From Macrostomum lignano (lineage: Eukaryota), in NCBI GenBank assembly GCA_002269645.1, contig NIVC01002529.1:1-64000 (forward strand): a DNA stretch of 64,000 nt, read 5' to 3'. A model generated the notes under the pieces. The model saw only the letters and a list, made by a program, of their open reading frames with translations, did no database searches and was not told where the DNA came from. Positions 13,367 through 23,841 of the stretch are shown here, one piece after another (positions within the stretch are counted from its first letter, which is position 1; every line of letters begins with the position of its first letter). A program made the translations under genes and the position numbers.

Positions 13367-14754
13367 ATGAGGCCCTCAGCACATTTGCGTGCAAGCTACT
13401 TTCAGTTCAGTAGTAATTTAAACATAATCATTTTAATGTACTTTAAGCCAAGGCTCATTTATTGGCTCTTCCGCCCCCCACCCAGCTTAAACGCTCTAAC
13501 TGCGCCTTTCCACACTACCCCCCCTCCCCGCCCCAATTTTTATTGCCTTTCTCGGAATTCCAGCCTAAAGCTGCCGTGTACATTTCAGTGGACTGGCTAA
13601 TTTACATTATTGCTGAACCAATTAGCAAGTTGTTTACGTCTGCATGCTTGGGATGGTTATCAAAATCATTTCAGTTTGACTTTATTTTTATAAAATAGCT
13701 TATATATTCTTCTTTGCTACTGAACTAAAAGTAGAAAGCTGTTTTACTAAGTATAATATATGTCTGAGTGGCCCATCTAGCTATTTTTGTATCTATGGGA
13801 CCGAGTTTGACGAGCCCTGTAGCGCCTGGTTACAATCAATTGTTGCACAGTGATAATTAGTCTAAAGAAGTATAAAAATCTGTTTGAAGTTAATTCAGTG
13901 CTTCATCGATCAGCGGATTAGTGTCTTATATATTCGGTAATATCTTATTAGTTAATGCTATTTTTAGGTCAACTGGGTGTGGCTGCATCGGTGCTGTGTG
14001 CAGTGCCGATGGCCAGCTAAATCTATCTTGTCAATAAAGTCATTCCACGTACGCCTGATGAACGCTTATCGATATTTTATTTATTACTTTTTGGTAATAT
14101 AATCATCCCTGAACTTTTATCTTAGTTAATCAGTTTGACAACTTTTCCTTGTGTTTTTTTACTGAATCCATTCTAGTCCCACCTGTCTATTCTGTATAAA
14201 TAACGGTATCAATATGCGCATTATTCTACTAATCTTAGTAGGCCGACAGAAAACATGTAAAAAATTATGTCTCTCTTTTTATAACAGGTCAAAGGGCATT
14301 TAAATCTGGATTTTGTGTGATTTGTGGAGTTTTTCTTCTGCGCACAAACTGTCTGCACTTCTTGTATTCGGCTCCCGCTCTACTGGTTGTGTACCCATCT
14401 GACTATCTGACTCTGTATTGTCCCCTCTTTATCCTGCACTATTCAGTGCATTGCTGCTTCGAACTCTCTATTAGCTTGGTCTGCTATTGGTTGCTATGGA
14501 AACTGTATTGACTACTACCATGCGTTGTTTTTATCATCGAATTCTTTTTTTCTGTTGCATCTTTTTTAATAAATCGTTTATTTTTTTATTGTCTAATTTC
14601 TAAATAAGAAATTTAACCTTCTCTTTCTATGTGCAGCGAGTTCTGATTTGATCTTCTTTGCGACGCATTGCTACTCTCGTCCCCTGACCGCGTGTTACCA
14701 TGGGGATGGTCTTTTTAGTTCGCGGATTTTGTGTTGCATACTTTTAGAGTGGTT

Positions 14755-16012
14755 CACCGCCCTCCCAGATCCTCAGTTGCTAGACCAGCTTTCCGGATCC
14801 ACAGTTGCTGGGCCAGCCTCCCTCCCAGATCTTCAGTTGCTAAGTCAGCCTCCCAGATCTTCAGTTGCTAAGTCAGCCTCCCAGATCTTCAGTTGCTAAG
14901 TCAGCCTCCCAGATCTTCAGTTGCTAAGTCAGCCTCCCAGATCTTCAGTTGCTAAGTCAGCCTCCCAGATCTTCAGTTGCTAAGTCAGCCTCCCAGATCT
15001 TCAGTTGCTAAGTCAGCCTCCCAGATCTTCAGTTGCTAAGTCAGCCTCCCAGATCTTCAGTTGCTAAGTCAGCCTCCCAGATCTTCAGTTGCTAAGTCAG
15101 CCTCCCAGATCTTCAGTTGCTAAGTCAGCCTCCCAGATCTTCAGTTGCTAAGTCAGCCTCCCAGATCTTCAGTTGCTAAGTCAGCCTCCCAGATCTTCAG
15201 TTGCTAAGTCAGCCTCCCAGATCTTCAGTTGCTAAGTCAGCCTCCCAGATATTCAGTTGCTAAGTCAGCCTCCCAGATCTTCAGTTGCTAAGTCAGCCTC
15301 CCAGATCTTCAGTTGCTAAGTCAGCCTCCCAGATCTTCAGTTGCTGGGCCAGCCTCCCAAATCCTCAGTTGCTGGGCCAGCCCTCCCAGATTCTCAGTTG
15401 CTGGGTCAGCCTCCCAGCTCCTCAGTTGCTGGGCCAGCCTTCCAGATCCTCAGTTGCTGGGCCAGCCTCCCAGATCCTCAGTTGCTGGGCCAGCCTCCCA
15501 GATCAGATCCTCAGTTGCTGGGCCAGCCACCCTCCCAGATCCTCAGTTGCTGGGCCAGCCACCCTCCCAGATCCTCAGTTGCTGGGCCAGCCCTCCCAGA
15601 TTCTCAGTTGCTGGGTCAGCCTCCCAGCTCCTCAGTTGCTGGGCCAGCCTTCCAGATCCTCAGTTGCTGGGCCAGCCTCCCAGATCCTCAGTTGCTGGGC
15701 CAGCCTCCCAGATCAGATCCTCAGTTGCTGGGCCAGCCACTCTCCCAGATCCTCAGTTGCTGGGCCAGCCACCCTCCCAGATCCTCAGTTGCTGGGCCAG
15801 CCACCCTCCCAGATCAGATCCTCAGTTGCTGGGCCAGCCTCCCAGATCAGATCCTCAGTTGCTGGGCCAGCCTCCCAGATCAGATCCTCAGTTGCTGGGC
15901 CAGCCACCGTCCCAGATCCTCAGTTGCTGGGCCAGCCTCCCAGATCATATCCTCAGTTGCTGGGCCAGCCACCGTCCCAGATCCTCAGTTGCTGGGCCAG
16001 CCTCCCAGATCA
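14755..16012. repeat. Minisatellite, 28-bp unit (TCAGCCTCCCAGATCTTCAGTTGCTAAG); homogeneous on the left, variant units with ~210-bp higher-order period on the right
   Basis: Directly visible; the ORFs at 15285-16098 are translations of the repeat. Confidence 0.95.
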
Positions 16013-16551
16013 TTAAATCAGGCTTCAAGATTTCAGAGTGCACGGATTTCCTCGAACTTCTAGAAGTCTACACAATTCTTATATGTAAATTCCCGTAATC
16101 CTGATTTAAGTATATTTGCACCATTGTCGCTACTGTTCTGATCTGTACAAATAAACGAATTTCTTAATGTTTCTTTTCTTGTAACAATTTTATTGGTTCA
16201 TTATAAGCATGTCAAACAGGTTTTTAAAAAGTTGTTGTCTGGCTAACTGCCAATTTTTTCACGAAAACAATTTTATTGGAATTGTAATCGAATTATATTT
16301 TATTATGAATGTCCGAAGAGCGTTTATAAATATACTCTGCACAATGAGTCTGCAATTTCTGTTAACACTAAGCAGTCTATCTATGTACATGCAAATGGGT
16401 GAGGTGCAGTTGTTGCAATCGGATTTCAAACGATTTACGAGCGTATTGTACCTGCTACTGATTTTTGCTTCAGTATATATTTCTTATCTATTGATAATAG
16501 TAATAACAATAGTAATTGATTACACCTGTCCCAATGGCCAGATGTGCAACT

Positions 16552-16805
16552 GACAGCTCAGCCGCAGCTATTGCGCGGCGCATCTGAAGGCTGCGTACGG
16601 CTGTTCAGTCCAAGGACTGGGGGGTCACCGCACACCCTCAATTACCCCAGCTAATGCTGACGCCCATTTTACAGCTGGGTGAGCTGAAGCAATGCAGAGT
16701 TAAGCGTCTTGCTCAAGGACACAAACTGTCCCGAGTGAGTCGAGAATCGAACCCCCGACCTTTTAATCGTGAGTCCGACGCTCTAACCCCTAGGCTACAA
16801 CCCCC
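16552..16805 (-). mobile_element. tRNA-derived SINE with a CORE-like central domain
   Basis: Minus strand reads GGGGGTTGTAGCCTAGGGGTTAG (A box)...GGTTCGATTCT (B box), then gtgtccttgagcaagacgcttaactct...cagctgtaaaatggg, resembling CORE-SINE consensus. Confidence 0.75.
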
Positions 16806-16999
16806 TCACTAGGAGAGGGGTTGTCATCTATTGATAATAACAACCCTTGACACAACGTGTACATATCAGTCTATTATTAGCTTTGAGCTGTGCGGCACAT
16901 TGACGCAGTGTTCTGTTGTGCTAAGATGCCACATTTGATACTGAAAATCCACTGCATGCTGACACAGCACCCTTAACAAAGCTGTACCTGTTGCACAGT

Positions 17000-17112
17000 A
17001 CACAGTACCTCTTGCTAGACCCCTGACACAGTACCTCTTGCTAGACCCCTGACACAGTACCTCTTGCTGGACCCCTGACACAGTACCTCTGGATACACCC
17101 CTGACACAGTAC
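17000..17112. repeat. Short tandem repeat, 26-bp unit (ACACAGTACCTCTTGCTAGACCCCTG), ~4 copies
   Basis: Directly visible. Confidence 0.85.
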
Positions 17113-17163
17113 ATTAAATAGGTCACTAAAATACACCAGTTTTATCGGCTCCCTCGCCAGGTC

Positions 17164-17327
17164 AGTAGTAATAGAAAATTACGTCCATACCCCATTTTTC
17201 AATTGCAAAACACGTAATAAGGTACCCGTCAGAAATTTTATTACGCACATACCCTATTTTTCTATTAAAAATCAAGTAGTAAGGTACCGAACCAAAAAGT
17301 AGGGTATTCTACAGGAATTTCAACTAC
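17164..17327 (+). repeat. Left terminal inverted repeat (164 bp)
   Basis: Exact reverse complement of 35773-35936 by manual comparison. Confidence 0.95.
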
Positions 17328-17982
17328 TCTGCCTGCACCCACAAAGCACAAAAGAAAGAACCGCAATAAATTGCGGGTGTCAAATTTTGCAGTCAACTTT
17401 ATGCCCCCTCAAGCGACCCAAACGCAGTTCAGAGCAGCGCACACACAGCAAATAAAGGCAGTTCTGCGCTACACTCACCCCACAACACAGTCTACTCTAC
17501 CCCCAAACAGCGAAACTACACAATCCACGACACCACCCACAAAGAACGGTGGAAGAACGGATCTTAATTTTCATCAACGGACTTTGCTCGTCAGTCAACC
17601 GTTGTATATCCCCAAACCGTTACTGAGGATCAACCCGATATTATTCCCCCTTTTGAAATCATGGAATAATCTCCCCCGTCCCAGAAAATGAATTGAACGA
17701 AAAAGTTTAGTCGTGTATTCTACAAGAATTTCAACTAAACTGCACAGTTCCCACAAAGAATTGAAAAGAAGAAAAGATCTCATGCCCGATCAACCGACAC
17801 ACTTGATCAAGAACGCACTTTCAGTATATTTCCAAGGCAAGCGAATCAAAATATTAGCCGACTCTTCGTCCACAGCGCCCCCTAACCCGCCGACTACTCA
17901 CCCAAACTGTAACCTAATGCCTACCAGGAAGATTCACCACAAAGAAATAGTCTTTACCAACTAAAGGTAATTTTACAAGAGT

Positions 17983-18528
17983 TCAAGGATCTCGGCGACG
18001 CACCCGCGGCGGAGCGCGCATGTAAATCATCTTGAAACGATTCTCAGTGTCGTCCACCCGGAAGTAAGCCACACTACTAATGGTCACGGAGCCGTCGGAC
18101 TCCAAGCGGCGGCAGTAGCCAGCACCGTTTAAAGAAGTGCAGCGGCGGTCGTTGGAAGGCAGTCCCCACACCGTCCCCCCGTTTGCGGGTACCCCCGTTC
18201 CGTGTGGTTCGCGCAGATTAATCCGCTCCGCAGCACACGCCGTCCGGATGTCATCAATCCGCTCGTTCGTCATCTGCTGCCGCGGCGAATAAGCTGTAAC
18301 CACGCATACGGCCCTGGCCACGGTGTCAAGCACACGCGTTACTGGAAGCCCAGCCTGCTGGCCATCCAGGCGCATGCGCTGGATCTGCGCGCGAAGTGCA
18401 GCAACCGAGGGGTTTTGACACCACTCGTACCGTATGTACCGCACCAATGTGACGAAAATCGCCCTGCGGGACGAGCAGGGTGGAGCCTCACTCGGGTTCG
18501 GCTCACGACCCTCGTTAGATTCCGCCAT
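17983..18528 (-). CDS. Polinton hypothetical protein (~181 aa from MAESNEG), transcribed toward the left TIR
   Basis: Long non-repetitive ORF with ATG at 18528; no recognisable motif. Confidence 0.55.
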   Translation of the reverse strand: MAESNEGREPNPSEAPPCSSRRAIFVTLVRYIRYEWCQNPSVAALRAQIQRMRLDGQQAGLPVTRVLDTVARAVCVVTAYSPRQQMTNERIDDIRTACAAERINLREPHGTGVPANGGTVWGLPSNDRRCTSLNGAGYCRRLESDGSVTISSVAYFRVDDTENRFKMIYMRAPPRVRRRDP

Positions 18529-19167
18529 GATAAAAATGTAGGTGCCACGATGCCACGATAAAAATGTAGATCTAACCTCACGATTTTTGGACCAGTCGGA
18601 TACTGAGCCGACCATTCGCCGATTATAAGTCAGTGTGGACTCAACGTTGACCCGCGCGGGAAGGGGGGGGGCGGAGAATTCTGCCCAGTCAGGGCTTTAG
18701 TGCTGGTGGCAGCTGAAATATCGCCACACAGCACAACTATTGTTTCAAGAGGACTGGGGGTGGGGTGGTAGCCCAGAATTTCAGCTAACCCAGCCACGCA
18801 GACCCCCCCCCCCGCTTAGGAGTAGCGTCACTTCAACGAGTCGGGGGGGGACTCATTTTGAGTGCCTGGAATTTAACTTATTGTGCCACTAGCTACGGCA
18901 CCTACCATGCAGAACCCATGGGATTATTTCCACTCCAATGAGTCATCGCAAGCCTTGGGGGAGTGGAGAACGCGTTTTGCCACGTCAACTAGACTACGTC
19001 GACTTATCCACGTTGCATTATTAGAACAATAGAGCAGCTGAGCTCACACGTGGGGTGGAGCGACCGAAGCTAACATAGCAACTATAGGGATTATTCAAGC
19101 CCAACCCCCAGAAACTGCCACGTGGCACAAAAAGCCACATGGCGCCCCTCCCCACCAAATCCTGCTC

Positions 19168-19175
19168 TATAAAAG
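19168..19175 (+). promoter_or_regulatory. Canonical TATA box (TATAAAAG) upstream of the 19270 gene
   Basis: Consensus match ~100 nt before the ATG, in the divergent intergenic region 18530-19269. Confidence 0.45.
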
Positions 19176-19269
19176 AAAGTAGAAAAATTCGCTCAAACTG
19201 CCAACGAGCCAAGGACAACAGGAAGCAACTCAAGCGTACGGAGACTAAACCAACCGCTGCCGGAGAACC

Positions 19270-20423
19270 ATGACTGCCTATCCCGCCGAAGCAGTCCTGA
19301 CGCTGCGCCAACTCACTGACGGAGCAAGACTACACATTGGCGACGAGTCAACAAACGGCGAGTGCTTCTTCCGATCTGTGACGTGGACTCGGCCGGGGGA
19401 GAAGAAACGCTACCCACTCATACTGCAGACGGAGACCCCGCTGGAGCTGTTGAAAGGGATCAACGAGCGAGGAAACCACCACGCTGAACAATCGACCACG
19501 TATCAGGCCGACCATCGCGAGGAAATCGGACTGAATTTTCTCGGCGAAAATTTCTGCAAGCCACTGTTCAATCTACTGAGGTGAGTTACCCCCCGACTCA
19601 GGATTCACTAGCCCCCTTGGTGTCAGCGAAAACCAACACATAAACTCCTATTCAATTCCAGAACTGTGGAACGAACAATCGCACTGGAACTCGAGGAGAA
19701 GCCGGACTCTAAAGCGCTGCTGCGCGTGACGCGACAACCCTCACGCGGTACAACGGACGGGGCCTCCGCGGACTACGCCCCGATGCACTGGATTCCAATC
19801 AAGCCAAACTTCAGCTGTCTCGGCTTTCGCACAGACCAGGCCACCCACCCGGACGGTCGAGAGGCAGCCCTGAGCGAATTCAAAGGACTGACGGGACGCT
19901 ATCAATTCAAGTCACGTCGCTATTCTGTCCACGGACCGGAACCGGGTGGAGGCTCTCTTTCGCTCTACGCTCTATTGTGCTGATCGAGAGCAACCCAAAC
20001 CGGCTGGCCCTCTTCGCGGGAGTCCGACGACAGCTAGCCAAGAAGAGGGAGCCCGATACAGACGAGAAACCAGAAGCCAGCTCGTCAATGGAGAAGAAGC
20101 CCTCCAAGCGGCGCCAGTCCAGTCCTGAAGAGGAAGCCGAACCTAGCACAAAGAAGAAGCAACCGAGCAAGAAGCCAGCGGCCCCTCGCCGTCCTACTGC
20201 GCCCAAGAAACCGAAGCCGCCTGCAGCTACACAGAGCAACGACCGGCTGGCCCCGACTGCCGAAGGTCCGCCCCCGGCCAAGGCACTGGTGAGCCCTACC
20301 GGGTCAACTATCTCAACGTCAACTGGCGGAACTCGGGTGGCCTCTAAAGACCTTGCCTATCAACGTCACCTGGCGGCGGCCGCGGAGCAGTCCACGTCCA
20401 GCGACTCTGAAGCTGAATCCTAA
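19270..20423 (+). CDS. Spliced Polinton gene, putative OB-fold ssDNA-binding protein with a basic then acidic tail; one frameshift near 19960
   Basis: Exon 19270-19580 |gtgagt...ttccag| exon from 19662 joins in frame (AG|A); one missing base would join the 19977-20423 ORF (~357 aa total). The SSB call is pattern-based inference (LILQTETP..GI, F..L..VE..I, terminal beta-rich segment). Confidence 0.5.
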
Positions 20424-20607
20424 ATCTGATATTCAAATTTTTAAACGACGGTTGTGGATAAGAAATACATTGGCCACCCAGGTTCCGCCAGGAACATTTC
20501 TATATTGTGGGTGAAATCTATTGAGCCTTTGTTTTTTCTTCTTTCAGCGCTTGGTGCTACTCATTTTTGGTGCCGCACTGAAAACCTCTCCTGGAGAAAA
20601 GCTTTGC

Positions 20608-21100
20608 ATGCACGAGACTGAGATAGCTTTAGCTCTAAAGTCATATTCGTGCAAGGTTTTTAAAGCGAGACCTACAATGTGCAAATTTAAATTTGCGGAT
20701 TCAACTATTCAGCTTTATCCCAACGGGAAGCTGACAATTTTTTGTCGCAATATGAATGTGGACGTGGGATCGATTTTACAGTTTGTTAACGAAATTACTA
20801 TTTACAAACTGGATTTCGATTCTGTCCACGTTCAAACTTCTACACTGGTTGGTCAAGTTCAGTTTCCCGGAAGAAACAGCTTCCACTATTTAAAAAGCTG
20901 TATCGGAAACTATGAGGACTTTAGGGCAACCTATGATGCAGAAGTTTTTCCGCAGGCAATCAGTTTAAGACAGTCAAAAACTCCCAGACTTTTTTGCAAC
21001 GTCTTTCATACTGGAAAGATTGTCGCAATGGGAGCAAAAAACGTGACCGAAGTAAACCTGTTAACTCGGTCCGTTAATGCATTGCTTGCTATGCTACTAA
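20608..21100 (+). CDS. Divergent TATA-binding protein (TBP)-like protein; as assembled the frame stays open from 20521 to 21597
   Basis: Two TBP repeats: TEIALALK...TIQLYPNGKLTIFC and VQTSTLVGQVQFP...ATYDAEVFPQAISLR..PRLFCNVFHTGKIVAMGAK, versus canonical SYEPELFPGLIYRM..PKIVLLIFVSGKVVLTGAK. Confidence 0.85.
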
Positions 21101-21130
21101 AAGCAGCACAATTGGCGAAAAATTCCAGCC

Positions 21131-21802
21131 ATGACCCGGATCTACATTCTAGAGGGGAACCTGGCGGCAGGCAAAACAACGCTGCTGAGAAACCTGGCCC
21201 TGAACTCGCGGTTGGAGAAATGGGAACCGCAGATTCTCTGGGCCAAGGAGCCGGTTCAGGCCTTCACCTCCCATCCGAAGCTGCCGGCAGAGACAAACCC
21301 GCTGGAGGAGTTCTACCGAGGATCTCTATCAGCACTCGGTTTTCAAGTCCATGCGAGCCATTGCCTGCTCCAGCGGGACAAGAACATGAGAGAGCTTCTG
21401 CTCTCACCGGAGCCGGATCAACCAGAGTACGACATTCTGGTGATGGAAAGGGTCATGGCGTCGGCTCACGCATTCAACTCGGTTCTGGCAGAGGCGGGGC
21501 GGCTAACAACGCTGGAGAAGGCGATCTGCTGCGCACAGGTGGAGACATTGCAGGCGATCAAACCAAGCGAGGCCACCCTGATCTACCTCGACATTGATCC
21601 AAGCCTGGCTCTGGAGCGGATCCGGCAACGCGGCCGAACAGGAGAATCCGAAGTGACGCTCGACTATCTGAACCGGCTGCACGAAGCAATGGTGTCCAAC
21701 TTCTCTCTCTATCGGGCGGTCCACCGAGTGACGGTCGGACCATCTACAACACCAAGCGACGTGGCTCGACTGGTTGGGCGCATTGTGCGAGGACTAAACT
21801 AA
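21131..21802 (+). CDS. Deoxynucleoside kinase (dNK/dCK/dGK family)
   Basis: LEGNLAAGKTT P-loop, EPV, LEEFY..FQ, MER motif, LIYL..P..ALERIRQRGR.GE lid and LDYL..LHE; gccATG start. Confidence 0.92.
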   Translation: MTRIYILEGNLAAGKTTLLRNLALNSRLEKWEPQILWAKEPVQAFTSHPKLPAETNPLEEFYRGSLSALGFQVHASHCLLQRDKNMRELLLSPEPDQPEYDILVMERVMASAHAFNSVLAEAGRLTTLEKAICCAQVETLQAIKPSEATLIYLDIDPSLALERIRQRGRTGESEVTLDYLNRLHEAMVSNFSLYRAVHRVTVGPSTTPSDVARLVGRIVRGLN

Positions 21803-21836
21803 CTAATCCAAATCCGAATCAAATATATTTAAAACA

Positions 21837-22787
21837 CAGCTTTTGCTGTAAAACTCTTTCCGATCGAGGAAAGAGCCTGAGATGCATACAATCTCGTGAA
21901 TTATTTCTATGTCTTTTGACGTAGGCGAGAGACCAAAACAATACAGTCAGCTAAAGTTAATCATGTCGCTCTCTATTATTAGACATGCCCTCGCGTTTGG
22001 GTTCGCGAGTGTTTCCGCCGATTGCTATTGGAAACAACGTCCCCTTGCTGACAAGCTGGCCAGCTTTTGCTGTAAAAATCTTTCCGATCGAGGAAAGAGC
22101 CTGAGATGCATACAATCTCGTGAATTATTTCTATGTCTTTTGACGTAGACGAGAGACCAAAACAATTACAGTCAGCTAAAGTTAATCATGTCGCTCTCTA
22201 TTATTAGACATGCCCTCGCGTTTGGTTTCGCGAGTGTTTCCGCCGAATACTATTGGAAACAACGTCCCCCTGCTGATGGCAAAAAGCATTCTTCAACACG
22301 ATTAATTCTATTGGCTGTTGTTGATGCTGCTATTTACTTGCCCGCTAGCAGACGGTTTGGTTTTTGTCTCTATGTCGCCAATAATTTGAGGCCGTGCCCA
22401 CCCCGGTGTCTGGTGTAAACTGACGACTGGGTTTTTTCGACCATTGGCAAGTAGCTCCTTGAGGTTGCATAGTGTGGATTTTTCTTTCCACAGCTGGGTG
22501 TCTAGGCCGACTCTGGGTCATAGCACCATTCAGGTCCACCTGGCCCAGTGCCTTAAATGCAGCCAGACCAGTAAAGGAGCGCCAGGTACTGACCCAATAT
22601 TCGAGGTCTGCATTCAGACCCAATATTTCGAGGACTGCGCTTGCATCCATTGGTTGAATTACGGTGTGCATAGGATCAAAACAAACCCAATGCCAACGGA
22701 GCAAGTGGATTATTGCTGGAAAGCGAGGACTCTCGCTTGGAGATGCACCACCACCACCACCACCACCACCACCACCACCACCTATTT

Positions 22788-22822
<35 letters not shown>

Positions 22823-23000
22823 CGTGTTGGCACCCCAGAAATATTTTGGTGGGTGCGGTGCGGATAAAAAAATGAGGGATAAAAAAAAGTCAGCTAAAGT
22901 TAATCGTGTCATCACCCTCTAAAATTATTGAAGACACGCCCTCGTGTTTGGGGTTCACGAGTACTGCTACTACTATTTGTAGTAACGTCCCCCTGCTGAC
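21837..23000. repeat. Intergenic structured repeats: two 224-bp copies (21837, 22061) and a third diverged core copy (22889-23000)
   Basis: Direct repeats containing several stem-loops with compensatory changes; could be a ncRNA or cis element. Confidence 0.85.
22345..22671 (-). CDS. Possible small hypothetical protein (~108 aa from MHTVIQ)
   Basis: Non-repetitive part of the 22345-22833 ORF; the upstream part is microsatellite. No motif recognised. Confidence 0.3.
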   Translation of the reverse strand: MHTVIQPMDASAVLEILGLNADLEYWVSTWRSFTGLAAFKALGQVDLNGAMTQSRPRHPAVERKIHTMQPQGATCQWSKKPSRQFTPDTGVGTASNYWRHRDKNQTVC

Positions 23001-23089
23001 AAAAAAACGTTGTTTTTTAGTCTTTTTTTATTACTACGCTACTGCCTACACCGTTGGCTAATAAATAAAAATTATTTTCTTAATTCCAG

Positions 23090-23807
23090 CCATTGATACG
23101 GTGTGTTGTGTGCAAGCGCGTGTTTCGTTCGCGCGCCGAGTTGCACATTCACACGCATCAATTCTGTTTCGTTCCTGAACAACTACTGGATGGGCCGATT
23201 CGGGAACTGACTGCCAACAATCCTCCTGATGGGTGGAGTGTTGAACTGCGCGAATCAGCTCACCGAGGACTGGTCAACTATTTGGTGTTTATACCCGACC
23301 AGCAGGAGGGTGATGACGCGGAGCGTCTGTTGCCGCCCGGTAGCTTGTTGGCTAAATTGCGCGACTCGATTTACCGCCTATTCACGCAGCTGGGTTCACC
23401 CTCGTTACTACTGCGAACTTGTATGCACCTAAAAGTGAGAATGGCTAGGCCGAGAACCACGGCCACCACCGCTGAGGAAGAAGTGATTTCTGCATACTTC
23501 AACACCAACGTTGCCACAATACGCTTTGACAACCACAACAACAACAGCGAGCCACAGCAAACGTGGCTCTTATCGCGCGATGCCTACAATGATTGGTTTG
23601 AATTGGTTTTAAACGAACTGGTGAGCAAGGTGGACAACTTTACAGCTCGTGGATCGAATTGGCAATTTGATGGAGTTGAACAACTTGACTTGATGCTTTG
23701 TATCTACCGAAAAAGCACAATTCGTGGAGCAGCAGCAGCAGCAGCCCACGACACCAGCGACCAGACGGCAGAGCCGTCTGGTCACAGGCGTCGCACCCCC
23801 ACCCTCC

Positions 23808-23841
<34 letters not shown>

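Noticed and set aside
15285-16098. Long ORFs in three frames
   Set aside because: They are translations of the 28-bp minisatellite, which lacks stops.
20521-21802. In-frame TBP-kinase fusion
   Set aside because: The two domains are in different frames, and a TAA precedes the kinase ATG in its own frame.
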